Assembly (NCBI GenBank): GCA_965208575.1
Contig: CBDBOV010000003.1
Location: 512,001 to 576,000, forward strand
Length of the DNA: 64,000 bases
Direction of reading: 5' to 3'
From: Spirochaetia bacterium
GTDB taxonomy: Bacteria > Spirochaetota > Spirochaetia > SZUA-6 > Bin103
How positions within the stretch are numbered: position 1 is the first letter of the stretch; each line of letters opens with the position of its first letter. A model generated the notes under the pieces. It was given only the letters and a program-made list of their open reading frames with translations. It was not told where the DNA came from and did not search any database. The translations under genes and the position numbers were made by a program. Shown piece by piece: positions 11,801 to 19,537 of the stretch.

Positions 11801-11841
11801 GCACACTCCAGGACCTGAGTTTGCCACAAAGGGGCGCGTAG
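8836..11841 (+). CDS. hamB: Hachiman HamB-like SF2 (Ski2-like DEAD/DEAH) helicase
   Basis: PSQ, MPTGAGKT, DEGH, LSA, HHG, TSTLAEGVNLP and NLVGRAGR, preceded by an N-terminal helical region. Confidence 0.8.
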   Translation: MQESLARWIRDADSTIHMDHFQVSEPSLDISDVLRRTDDYYVSLVGTLFEYMRTGLGIGADWARLGNAFAAFAVDDSSRLFPSAFVSRSEAALYAATAFYCGGYPASAYLTARDHGDSEEGSEDTTTICFDLLSRPAEMRSRFAGELRDALVRGDARLLSELSEASARGASSAMLAGPDEWIPARLSEKLLDRLRRTNLRAVLPGGFGELWTPLVESLVARFSWEFFPSQIEAIEGGLLSSAETFSLQMPTGAGKTALCETLLYQFARTTRDSVAVLLVPYRSLASELRGSLVRRLNSMHISARCAYGGTVPTGAEVQRLQEARVMVATPEALSGLLSAEPTFFSRIGLVICDEGHLLDSLGRGVSLELLLARMRAREHGPPRFVFLSAIVPNIEQVNAWLGGNDATVIRSDYRPAFAEFSVLRTPTNRVSHSIALVMHPHEDEHIRFRIPEFLKRADFAWTNPHTNRLNTYAPTTIKTQAIAAARKCLPMGTVAVFAANKRGTQGAIGLVDELLSQLRLTLSLPSPISYSDADSVAPTLDYLEREYGAGWTGTRALRAAAILHHGDVPQETREVFESLVRRGEVRFAICTSTLAEGVNLPIRTLVLYSVQRRRRGGAAQNLLARDIKNLVGRAGRAGAATKGLVICANPTQWALVEPAAKNLPGEAVTGALRALTERLVRRLAVGDVVLSNDVLEATPAVHALIDGVDATLIDLATEEIGEDELIRLAIEVADDTFAARQATRDASKRLLRDVFRFRARRVVYTRSIGRLGWIRETGARVRMLDSVESGLLPLRDSWEDLTDPIEPGLVRVMLDWAWNQPDFDPAVRTGFRLGDEVATDSVRGLLDDIVAGWLAGHTFGVIGESVRLSVDDILGVHTSVVAFVLQTLVEQATALLERFVGSQGREMADAVRRFPDHLRFGVPSAGARILAGYGIRHRRAAIELGVLVSDRRPLSLSEDRTTLFGLLRDQLEQNRDEWNERLGALVFDRTLQDLSLPQRGA

Positions 11842-11993
11842 GTGTAAACTCAGATGGGTATGGGTGAAGTCCGGTTGGTGGTTCGGCTGGCCGGTGAAGA
11901 CAAACGCCGCCGCCTACGAGCCGGGGAGCGGACTTTGTGGTGAACGGCTGCAGGTTGCCCGTCGGGCGGGTCGAGCGGACCCCGCAGGCGCTA

Positions 11994-13152
11994 GTGTCAT
12001 GTGTCGTAAGTGATTGACCAGTAAATCATGCTTGTGGTACGGTCTGCCTTAGACAGGAGGCAGGCTATGGCAAACCACTACACGAGAGAGCTTCCCGAGT
12101 TGTCGCAAGAACAGGAGCGGGAATTGCAGCGCTGGCTGCGGCGCAAGAAGACAGCGCAGGCGTTGGCCCTACGGGCGCAGATCGTGCTGGAGAGCGCCAG
12201 CGGCAAGAGCGACCAAGCGGTGGCGAGCACGCTGGGCACGACACGCGCCACGGTCGGCAAGTGGAGGAAGCGGTTCCTGAGTGACGGCTGCGAGGGGTTA
12301 CTGGACGAGCCACGACCGGGAGCGCCGCGCACGGTCGCGGACGAGGATGTGGAGCGGGTGGTGACGCGCACCCTGGAGACGCTGCCACGGGGGGCAACGC
12401 AGTGGAGCACGCGGTCGATGGCCAAGGAGTGCGGGCTGAGCTTTGCGACAGTGGGGCGCATCTGGCGTGCGTTCGGCTTGAAGCCGCACCGCAGCGAGAC
12501 GTTCAAGCTGTCGGCCGACCCGTTGTTCATCGAGAAAGTGCGCGACATCGTGGGGCTGTATCTGCATCCGCCGGAGCGAGCGGTGGTGTTGTGCGTGGAC
12601 GAGAAATCGCAGATCCAGGCGCTGGAGCGGAGCCAGCCGGAGCTGCCGATGCGACCGGGTGTGCCGCGGCGGCAGACGCACGACTACCGGCGCAACGGGA
12701 CGACCTCGCTGTTCGCGGCCTTGAACGCCGCCACCGGAGAGGTGATTGGCAAGTGCTACCGGCGGCACCGCTCGGTGGAGTTCAAGAAGTTCCTGGCGAT
12801 CATCGACCAGGCGGTGCCGGCGGAACTGGATGTGCACTTGGTGCTGGACAATTACGGGACCCACAAGACGGCGATGATCCACAACTGGCTGCTCCGCCGA
12901 CCGCGCTATCACTTGCACTTCACGCCGACAAGTGCGTCGTGGATCAATCAGGTGGAGCGGTGGTTCGCGGAGCTCACGCAGAAGCGGATTCGGCGTGGCT
13001 CGTTTGCCAGCACGCAGGCACTTGAGCAGGCGATCAGGGAGTATCTGGCAGTGTATAATGAGGATCCGAATCCGTTCGTATGGACGAAACGTGCAGACCA
13101 GATACTGGAGTCACTGAAAATCTACTGTAAAGACGTTTCTGACACAGGACAC
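11994..13152 (+). mobile_element. IS630-family element
   Basis: Ends GTGTCATGTGTC... and ...GACACAGGACAC, each flanked by TA within CTAG. Confidence 0.85.
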
Positions 13153-13155
13153 TAG
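12067..13155 (+). CDS. IS630-family transposase (intact)
   Basis: GGAGG RBS; HTH region, [20 protein letters not shown] and [10 protein letters not shown]. Confidence 0.92.
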   Translation: MANHYTRELPELSQEQERELQRWLRRKKTAQALALRAQIVLESASGKSDQAVASTLGTTRATVGKWRKRFLSDGCEGLLDEPRPGAPRTVADEDVERVVTRTLETLPRGATQWSTRSMAKECGLSFATVGRIWRAFGLKPHRSETFKLSADPLFIEKVRDIVGLYLHPPERAVVLCVDEKSQIQALERSQPELPMRPGVPRRQTHDYRRNGTTSLFAALNAATGEVIGKCYRRHRSVEFKKFLAIIDQAVPAELDVHLVLDNYGTHKTAMIHNWLLRRPRYHLHFTPTSASWINQVERWFAELTQKRIRRGSFASTQALEQAIREYLAVYNEDPNPFVWTKRADQILESLKIYCKDVSDTGH

Positions 13156-13741
13156 AATTGGCCGGCCCCGATGCGGCGCAGGGCCATCGTCAGCGTGATC
13201 GGCATCGTGACGCGCGTAGCGCGATTGTGGCCAACCCGCGGATGGCCGGACGCTCGAACCCTAGGCAGCCGGTCGATCGGCCGTGCGCCAAGGCGCTGTC
13301 AAGGCGTAGTAGTCTTGCCACTGGTAGCTGGATTGCATTGCTGGCATGAACACGTCGGTCCTTGGCTTCCGGTGAGTGTGGGGCGACGCGGTGCGTATCC
13401 GGCTGGCCGATCCATGTCTCTGAAATTGCGCCTATAGAAGCGCGGCGGACCGCGGTACCTCAGCGTCCCGCGATCCCGCGGGCATCAGCTTGGTACACCC
13501 ATGCTATTTCGATTGGCGATCATCGCGTGGCTATATGCCGTTGCCCGAGCCAATCGATCAGCTTCGTAACCCTAGTCGGAGCTCAGTCGACTGCACCGTT
13601 GCAGCAGCTCGGACTGACGATTCTCCGTCTGATCAAGCAGCCCCCGCCTGCGGTTGTTCGGCGCTTGATGCCTTCTTTCTCAAGTGGAGTTGCCCCACTT
13701 TCGTGGACACATTAGGAGTGAGGCGGAATGAGGAGGCAACG

Positions 13742-14056
13742 ATGCCGAAGACACATCGACCATACGCGCCTGAGTTTCGCCAGCAGATGGTCGAGCTGGT
13801 GCAGTCTGGGCGCACGCCCGAGGAGTTGGCGCTGGAGTACGAGCCGTCCGCGGGCGCGATCCGCAACTGGGTGGCGCAGCAGGAGCGGGACGCTGGACGC
13901 CGCGAGGACGGGTTGAGCAGCGATGAACGCCAGGAGCTGCGCCGACTGCGGCGAGAGAACAAGCAACTGCGGATCGAGCGCGACATCCTAAAAAAAGCAG
14001 CGGCCTGGTTCGCACGGGAGAGCGACTCGATCCCCGAGCGGGGTTCGAGTTCGTGA
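13742..14056 (+). CDS. IS3 OrfA (HTH)
   Basis: YAPEFRQQMVELV...ELRRLRRENKQLRIERDILKKAAAWF. A7G slippery site at 13990-13997 fits a -1 programmed frameshift. Confidence 0.88.
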   Translation: MPKTHRPYAPEFRQQMVELVQSGRTPEELALEYEPSAGAIRNWVAQQERDAGRREDGLSSDERQELRRLRRENKQLRIERDILKKAAAWFARESDSIPERGSSS

Positions 14057-14904
14057 AAGCCAACCAGGCGCGCTGGCCGGTACGCACGATATGTCGAGTG
14101 CTGGGTCTCTCCGCCAGCGGCTACTATGCGTGGGTGCACCGCGAGCCGTCGGCGCGAGAGCGGCGCGACAAACAGTTGCGGGAACGTATCACGACGATAT
14201 GGAGAGCCAACCGCGAGGTGTATGGTCGGCCGCGCATCCACGCCGAGTTGCAGGCTGAGAACGAGCGAGTCGGGCACAAGCGGGTGGCGCGGCTGATGAA
14301 GCAGGCCGGCATCGAAGGGGCCAGTCGCCGCCGCGGGCCCAGGACCACAACGCGTGGCGCGGCGACCCGACCGGCGCCAGACTTGGTGGATCGGAACTTC
14401 ACCGCGGCCGGGGCCGACCAATTGTGGGTGGCCGACATTACGTACGTGCCGACGTGGGCGGGGTTTCTGTACTTGGCGGTGGTGCTGGATACCTGGAGCC
14501 GCCGGGTAGTGGGCTGGTCGATGGCCGGTCATCTGCGCACGGAACTGGTGCTGGAGGCGCTGGACATGGCGCTCTGGCAGCGGCGACCCGAGCAGGTGAT
14601 CCACCACAGCGACCAGGGCTCTCAGTACACCTCGATTGCGTTCGGGATGCGCTGCAAAGAGGCCGGCGTGCGTCCCTCGATGGGCTCGGTGGGCGATGCA
14701 TACGACAACGCGATGTGCGAAAGTTTCTTCGCGACCCTGGAGTGCGAGTTGCTTGATCGGAGCCGATTTCGCAGCCGTGCCGAGGCGCGCTTGGCAATAT
14801 TCGAGTTCATCGAGGGGTTCTACAACCGTCGCCGGCGTCACTCGGCGCTGGGCTACCAGTCGCCGGTCGCGTTCGAGGCCACTCGGACAGGAGCGGCAGC
14901 ATGA
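14053..14904 (+). CDS. IS3 OrfB (DDE integrase core)
   Basis: YGRPRI, WVADITY, HHSDQGSQY and DNAMCESFFATLECE. Confidence 0.92.
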   Translation: MKANQARWPVRTICRVLGLSASGYYAWVHREPSARERRDKQLRERITTIWRANREVYGRPRIHAELQAENERVGHKRVARLMKQAGIEGASRRRGPRTTTRGAATRPAPDLVDRNFTAAGADQLWVADITYVPTWAGFLYLAVVLDTWSRRVVGWSMAGHLRTELVLEALDMALWQRRPEQVIHHSDQGSQYTSIAFGMRCKEAGVRPSMGSVGDAYDNAMCESFFATLECELLDRSRFRSRAEARLAIFEFIEGFYNRRRRHSALGYQSPVAFEATRTGAAA

Positions 14905-15074
14905 GCATCGTCGTGGTGCCGATGCTGGCGCTCGGCCCCCTCCAGGGACAATATTCGTCGGCAATTGGCCCTCTCCGGACCGCTTGGCGTCCGAGTCGGC
15001 TGCGCGCGCCGACCGGCGTCGCGGTGAGCACGCAGCGCAGCGGGGATGCAGCGTCTGAGGTGCTGGACCAGGAG

Positions 15075-15088
15075 CCGTTACGTAACGG
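15075..15088. promoter_or_regulatory. Perfect 14-bp palindrome, candidate operator
   Basis: CCGTTACGTAACGG, 12 nt upstream of the passenger ATG at 15101. Confidence 0.45.
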
Positions 15089-15100
15089 TGATCAGTGCCC

Positions 15101-15388
15101 ATGGCGTTGACCAATGCGCAACGCCAACGGCGCTATCGAGCGCGGCGCAAGGCGCAGCAGCCGCGAGCGCAGTACCGCCGACCGCACGACCGGCGCTCCC
15201 GACCGCAGCGCTGGCAGGATGCGGTGCGCACCCTGCTCGACCTCCAGGGAGAGTATCAAGCGTGGCTCGACAACCTGCCCGAGGCGCTCCAGGAGACCGC
15301 GCTCGGCGACAAGCTGAAGGCGATTTGCGCGCTTGATCTTGGTGCTCTGGAGAGCGTCGAGCCGCCACGCGGGTATGGGCGCGACTGA
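15101..15388 (+). CDS. IS3 passenger: small basic protein, possibly DNA-binding
   Basis: MALTNAQRQRRYRARRK basic helix, then RWQDAV...WLDNLPEAL...PPRGYGRD. Lies inside the IS IRs. Confidence 0.7.
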   Translation: MALTNAQRQRRYRARRKAQQPRAQYRRPHDRRSRPQRWQDAVRTLLDLQGEYQAWLDNLPEALQETALGDKLKAICALDLGALESVEPPRGYGRD

Positions 15389-16324
15389 GGCAACCTGCTG
15401 CCGACCCGTTGCGACGGCTGCATAGTTTCCAAGCGGCGCACCGCTCGCGGGTCCGTCCCCACACGGGCGCCCCGGACCGGCTCGACCGCGCCGCTCCCGG
15501 CGGCTGCAGCCCCACCCGGGCCGACATCTTGCCGGTGCGGCGCGAACTGGCGCTCTCAGCGGCCCTGTAAGGCCGCTCCTCGCGAGCAGGTGGTCCCGGA
15601 TACCCTTGCTGAACCCCGAATCGTCCCTCAGGCGCTCCGTTTCGACTCCCGGCACCCGCTGTCCATGCCGCCAGCACTGATCACGGTCGTGCGATCTCCT
15701 GACCGCGCACACCGGCGCCGCTCACGGCCATCCACACCGCCACCACCCCCAGCTTGATGCGGACTTGTCCACATATCCACAGGCAAATCCCACCCCTCCC
15801 CCGGACCCCCACCCCCTTTACCGCCACCGTTTATTTGCCGTGGAATCTCGGGAGGCGTCGTGTCGTGGGGGTCGTGGAGGCGCGGGTTGACAACCAACCG
15901 AATACACCTCAACCTACCATGCACTACCCCGCCACCTCAGTAGTTACCTGTCCACCGAAACGGGGCACCCTCACAAGCGCCAGGGACACGTGGATGCTGA
16001 GCAGTCACGCACGGTGCCTTTTTGGAGTGTGACCCAGCACCGCGCGCATTCAGCCGTGGCAATTCACGACCTCGGAGCATCGACTGATCACCAATGTAGT
16101 ATCGGCGGTGATAGCCGAACGGATAAGGAACAATCTATTCTTTATAGAACTAAACCGCTCCGCGGTAGGGGCGCCTGCCGTCGCGATGCGGGAGCCCCTT
16201 TCCAAACGCAACGCTCATATGGTGTCTGAACGCTACTAACCGGGAGACAGGTGGTTGCCCCCGGAGCGAAGCGCCGCCCCGGGGGCTGATGGTCCACGTG
16301 TCTCGACACGAGGAGGAGTCCATC

Positions 16325-17170
16325 ATGACACCACTGCGCCAGAGAATGATCGAAGACATGCAGGTGCGCAACCCTGTCGCCGCACACCATCGAATACTAC
16401 GTCCGCCAGGTCGCGTTGTTTTGCTCGCTACTTCAACCGCTCTCCGGAACTTCTCGGGCTCGACGACATACGGGTCTATCAACTGCACTTGGTGCAGGAG
16501 CGAAATCTGGGCTGGGGTAGCTTCAATCAGGCGGTCTGCGCGCTCCGCTTCCTGTACCTCAAGACCCTCGGCACAGGACTGGCACATCGAGTCCATCCCG
16601 TTCGCCAAGCAGCCCAAGAAGCTGCCGCTGGTGTTGAGCCAGGACCAGGTGCGCGCCGTACTCGAAGCGATCACCAACCCGCAGAACCGCGTCATCGCCA
16701 TGACCCTGTATGCGGCCGGGCTGCGCGTTTCCGAGGCGGTCTCCCTGAGGGTCGCAGACATCGACAGCAAGCGGATGCTGCTGCATGTCGTGCAAGGCAA
16801 GGGCCGCAAGGATCGTTTGGTGACCTTGTCGCCGGCCCTGCTGCACCACTTGCGCTGCCACTACCAACGCTATCGGCCGCGCTCCTGGCTGTTTCCCAGC
16901 AGGACCTATCCCGACCGCCACGTCACCAGGGATGCGGTGGCGCAGGCCATCGCCAAGGTGCGCCACGTCGTCGCCGGCAAGCCTGTATCCCCGCACACCA
17001 TGCGCCACTGTTTCGCCACCCATCTGCTCGAATCCGGCACCGATCTGCGCACCGTTCAGGCGCTGCTCGGGCACGCCTCGATCAGGAGTACCGTGATCTA
17101 CACCCACGTCACCCGCAAGCGCATCACCGCGGTCGAGAGCCCACTGGAGTCGTTGCCGCCGCTGCGCTGA
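16325..17170 (+). CDS. Tyrosine recombinase/integrase (three +1 indels as assembled)
   Basis: MTPLRQRMIEDMQVRN N-terminus, YAAGLRVSE, GKGRKDR, HTMRHCFATHLLE and LLGH...TVIY. The SAM-like N-domain is scrambled by extra bases near 16372, 16421 and 16573. Confidence 0.85.
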   Translation: MTPLRQRMIEDMQVRNPVAAHHRILRPPGRVVLLATSTALRNFSGSTTYGSINCTWCRSEIWAGVASIRRSARSASCTSRPSAQDWHIESIPFAKQPKKLPLVLSQDQVRAVLEAITNPQNRVIAMTLYAAGLRVSEAVSLRVADIDSKRMLLHVVQGKGRKDRLVTLSPALLHHLRCHYQRYRPRSWLFPSRTYPDRHVTRDAVAQAIAKVRHVVAGKPVSPHTMRHCFATHLLESGTDLRTVQALLGHASIRSTVIYTHVTRKRITAVESPLESLPPLR

Positions 17171-17177
17171 GCGAGCC

Positions 17178-18371
17178 GTGCCCCAGCCACCCTTCGAGGT
17201 GGCCGACGTCATCCGTACCCTGGCAGCTGCCGATGGCCGCGTGCCCGGCTTGCGGGTGTCGCAGGCCCAGCAGCGCGTCATGCGCGACCTCGCAGCCTGC
17301 CGTACCGCCAAGCTCGGCGGCCACGTCGATGCCTGCGATGCCTGTGGCGAGGTACGCGTGTCGTACAACTCCTGCCGCAATCGCCACTGTCCGAAGTGCC
17401 AGGCGCAGCAGCGCGCCACCTGGCTGGAGAATCGCTGCCAGGATCTGCTGCCGGTGCCCTATTTCCACCTCGTCTTCACCCTGCCGACCGAACTTGCCCC
17501 GCTGGCACTGCAGAACCAACGCGCAATCTACGGCGCTTTGTTCGCTGCCACCGCAGCTACCCTCAAGACCATCGCCGCCGATCCCAAACATCTGGGCGCC
17601 GACATCGGCTTCATCGCCGTACTGCACACCTGGGGCCAGACGCTCGTGCACCATCCCCATCTCCACTGCGTCATCCCCGGCGGCGGGCTGTCACCCGACG
17701 GCGCCGACTGGATATCCTGCCGCAACGGCTTCTTCCTCCCGGTCCGGGTTCTCTCGAAACTGTTTCGCGGCAAGATGCTGGCGGCGCTGCAGGAACACTT
17801 CGCTGCCGACCGCCTCCAGTTCCACGGTGCCCTTGCCGAGTTGGCTGATCCCGGTCGCTTCCGAGCACTCTGCGAGCAACTGCGCGCCAAGCAGTGGGTG
17901 GTGTATTGCAAGCCACCCTTCGGCGGCCCCGAGCAGGTGCTGAAATATCTCGCCCGCTACACCCATCGCGTCGCCATCGCCAACAGCAGGATCACGGCGG
18001 CTGACGCGGACTCGGTGCGCTTCCGCTACCAGGACTATGCTGGTGGCCACCGGCACCGCATGATGCAACTCGATGCGGTCGAATTTCTGCGTCGTTTCCT
18101 GCAGCACGTCCTGCCCGATCGCTTCGTCCGCATTCGTCACTACGGATTTCTCGCCAATCGTGCCCGCAAGGAGAAACTGCCGCTGTGCCGCCGCCTGATC
18201 GCGCGCACCACCGGCAACGAAATGATTGCTGCACCTGCTCTCGAAACTTCCACCGATGATGGCGAGCGCTGTCCTGCGTGTCAGCAAACCATGCGGCGTA
18301 TCCAGGAATTCCGCTCCCAAACCACCTGGGAATACCGGCCGCTTCGCCGTGGTCCACCCGACACCGCATGA
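17178..18371 (+). CDS. IS91-family transposase (Zn-binding + Y2 HUH)
   Basis: CDAC...SCRNRHCPKC, HLVFTLP, LHTWG..HPHLHC, YLARYTHR and RHYGFL. Confidence 0.92.
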   Translation: MPQPPFEVADVIRTLAAADGRVPGLRVSQAQQRVMRDLAACRTAKLGGHVDACDACGEVRVSYNSCRNRHCPKCQAQQRATWLENRCQDLLPVPYFHLVFTLPTELAPLALQNQRAIYGALFAATAATLKTIAADPKHLGADIGFIAVLHTWGQTLVHHPHLHCVIPGGGLSPDGADWISCRNGFFLPVRVLSKLFRGKMLAALQEHFAADRLQFHGALAELADPGRFRALCEQLRAKQWVVYCKPPFGGPEQVLKYLARYTHRVAIANSRITAADADSVRFRYQDYAGGHRHRMMQLDAVEFLRRFLQHVLPDRFVRIRHYGFLANRARKEKLPLCRRLIARTTGNEMIAAPALETSTDDGERCPACQQTMRRIQEFRSQTTWEYRPLRRGPPDTA

Positions 18372-18738
18372 AGCAATCGCCACCACGCCGTCGGCTCGAC
18401 TCCAGCACTCGCCTCTCTGGCAGCCCTTTTGTCGCTGCCCGAGCGCATCCGTGCCCGTCGGGAACCCGAGATCTGCCCGCCAACCGCGCGCCGCCGCCGC
18501 ATCGCACGGCAACATCACCGCTTCCCGGTCTTTCTTCGTCAGCCTGGGCGTTCCCCACCACGCTCAGCACTCCGCCGGCACGCGATACCGGCATTCCAAG
18601 CCCCATAGATAGGCCCGCGGTTTAGTTCAATCAACCCTATCCGAACTGTGCCCGGCGACGCCGGCTATGGCTAGCGCACGCTGCTCTCGGGCACAGCTCG
18701 GATAGACTCCTTCTCATAATGTATTGAATTACTGAGTA

Positions 18739-19341
18739 GTGATGATGGTGGTGGACAACACCACCGACGTGCGCCGCGGCAAGCTGGCGCTGTACGAGTC
18801 GTGGGGCTTCCCGGAGGTGTGGGTGGAGGTGCCCGAGCAGTCCTCCCCGAGCCGCCCGGCGGGGCTGCGCCCCGGCCTGACGATCTACCTGCTCGAGGAA
18901 GGCCGCTTTCGCACCGCGCCGGCCAGCCGCGCCTTTGCGGGCTGGACGGCGGCGGAGATCCACCGCGCGCTGAACGAGCCGGAGCTGTCGGACGCCACCA
19001 TGGCCGTGTTGCGCAGGATCGGACAAGCGCTCGGTGTGCCCCTCGGCACCGGGCCGGACGACGACCCGCTGCTGCGCACCGAGCGCCGGGAGAGTCGCGC
19101 CGAGGGCCTTGTCGCAGGCCGGACAGCGGGACACGCGGAAGGCCGGACCGAGGCGCGCGCGGCGACGCAACGGGATGCCGTCCTGCAGGTGTTGCAGTCG
19201 CGCGGCCTGCCGGTGTCCGCGGCGTTTCCCCGCCACCTGGCGCAGTTGCGGGGCGCCTCCACCGCAACGCTGGTAGAGGCCGCGCTGCACTGCCGCGACG
19301 AGGACGACTTCCTGCGGCGGACTCGCACCAAACAACGCTGA
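18739..19341 (+). pseudogene. 5'-truncated Uma2/DUF820-like endonuclease
   Basis: VDNTTDVRRGKLALYESWGFPEVWVEVP is the C-terminal half of a Uma2-like PD-(D/E)xK fold, followed by a G-x-x-E-G tail. The N-terminal half is missing. Confidence 0.6.
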
Positions 19342-19405
19342 AGCGCCCGACGTTCAAGTGACCCGCTCGCGGCAGGCGCTGCGCTGAGTTCTCAGCACCG
19401 GCCCG

Positions 19406-19531
19406 CAGTCGAGCATCGTGGCAGAAGATGCCGCCACCCGAACGGCGGTACTGGAGCGGTTGCCGCCGTTGCAGGGCGAGGACTTCGCCGGCATCTGCCG
19501 GGCGATGGACGGCTTCCCGGTCACCGTGCGC
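19406..19531 (+). pseudogene. Pyruvate phosphate dikinase internal fragment
   Basis: IVAEDAATRTAVLERLPPLQGEDFAGICRAMDGFPVTVR resembles PPDK (ILA...ALxKLLPxQRxDFxGIFRAMDGLPVTIR). Confidence 0.6.
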
Positions 19532-19537
19532 CGTGAC

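Larger units (their letters stand above)
13685..15973 (+). mobile_element. IS3-family element, unusually long (2289 bp) with cargo
   Basis: IRL TGGAGTTGCCCCACTTTCGTGGACA and IRR TGTCCACCGAAACGGGGCACCCTCA. CAAG TSD at 13681-13684 and 15974-15977. Confidence 0.85.
11940..15995 (-). pseudogene. Decayed relative of the 2154-3994 IS transposase, interrupted by IS630 and IS3
   Basis: Reverse-complement segments at ~11955-11990, 13160-13680 and ~15974-15993 align by eye to 3010-3740 (e.g. GGGTTCGAGCGTCCGGCCATCC vs GGGTTCGAGCGACCGGGCATCC). Confidence 0.7.
16142..18719 (+). mobile_element. Tyrosine recombinase + IS91-type (HUH/Y2) element; ends approximate
   Basis: Two-gene operon. 12-bp IR GAACTAAACCGC (16147-16158) / GCGGTTTAGTTC (18617-18628). 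CCCTATCC-GAAC at 18635-18646. dif-like half sites at 16142 and 18709-18719. Confidence 0.7.

Noticed and set aside
15088-15684. 11-bp inverted repeat GTGATCAGTGC bracketing the IS3 passenger
   Set aside because: Short enough to arise by chance; no TSD or other support.
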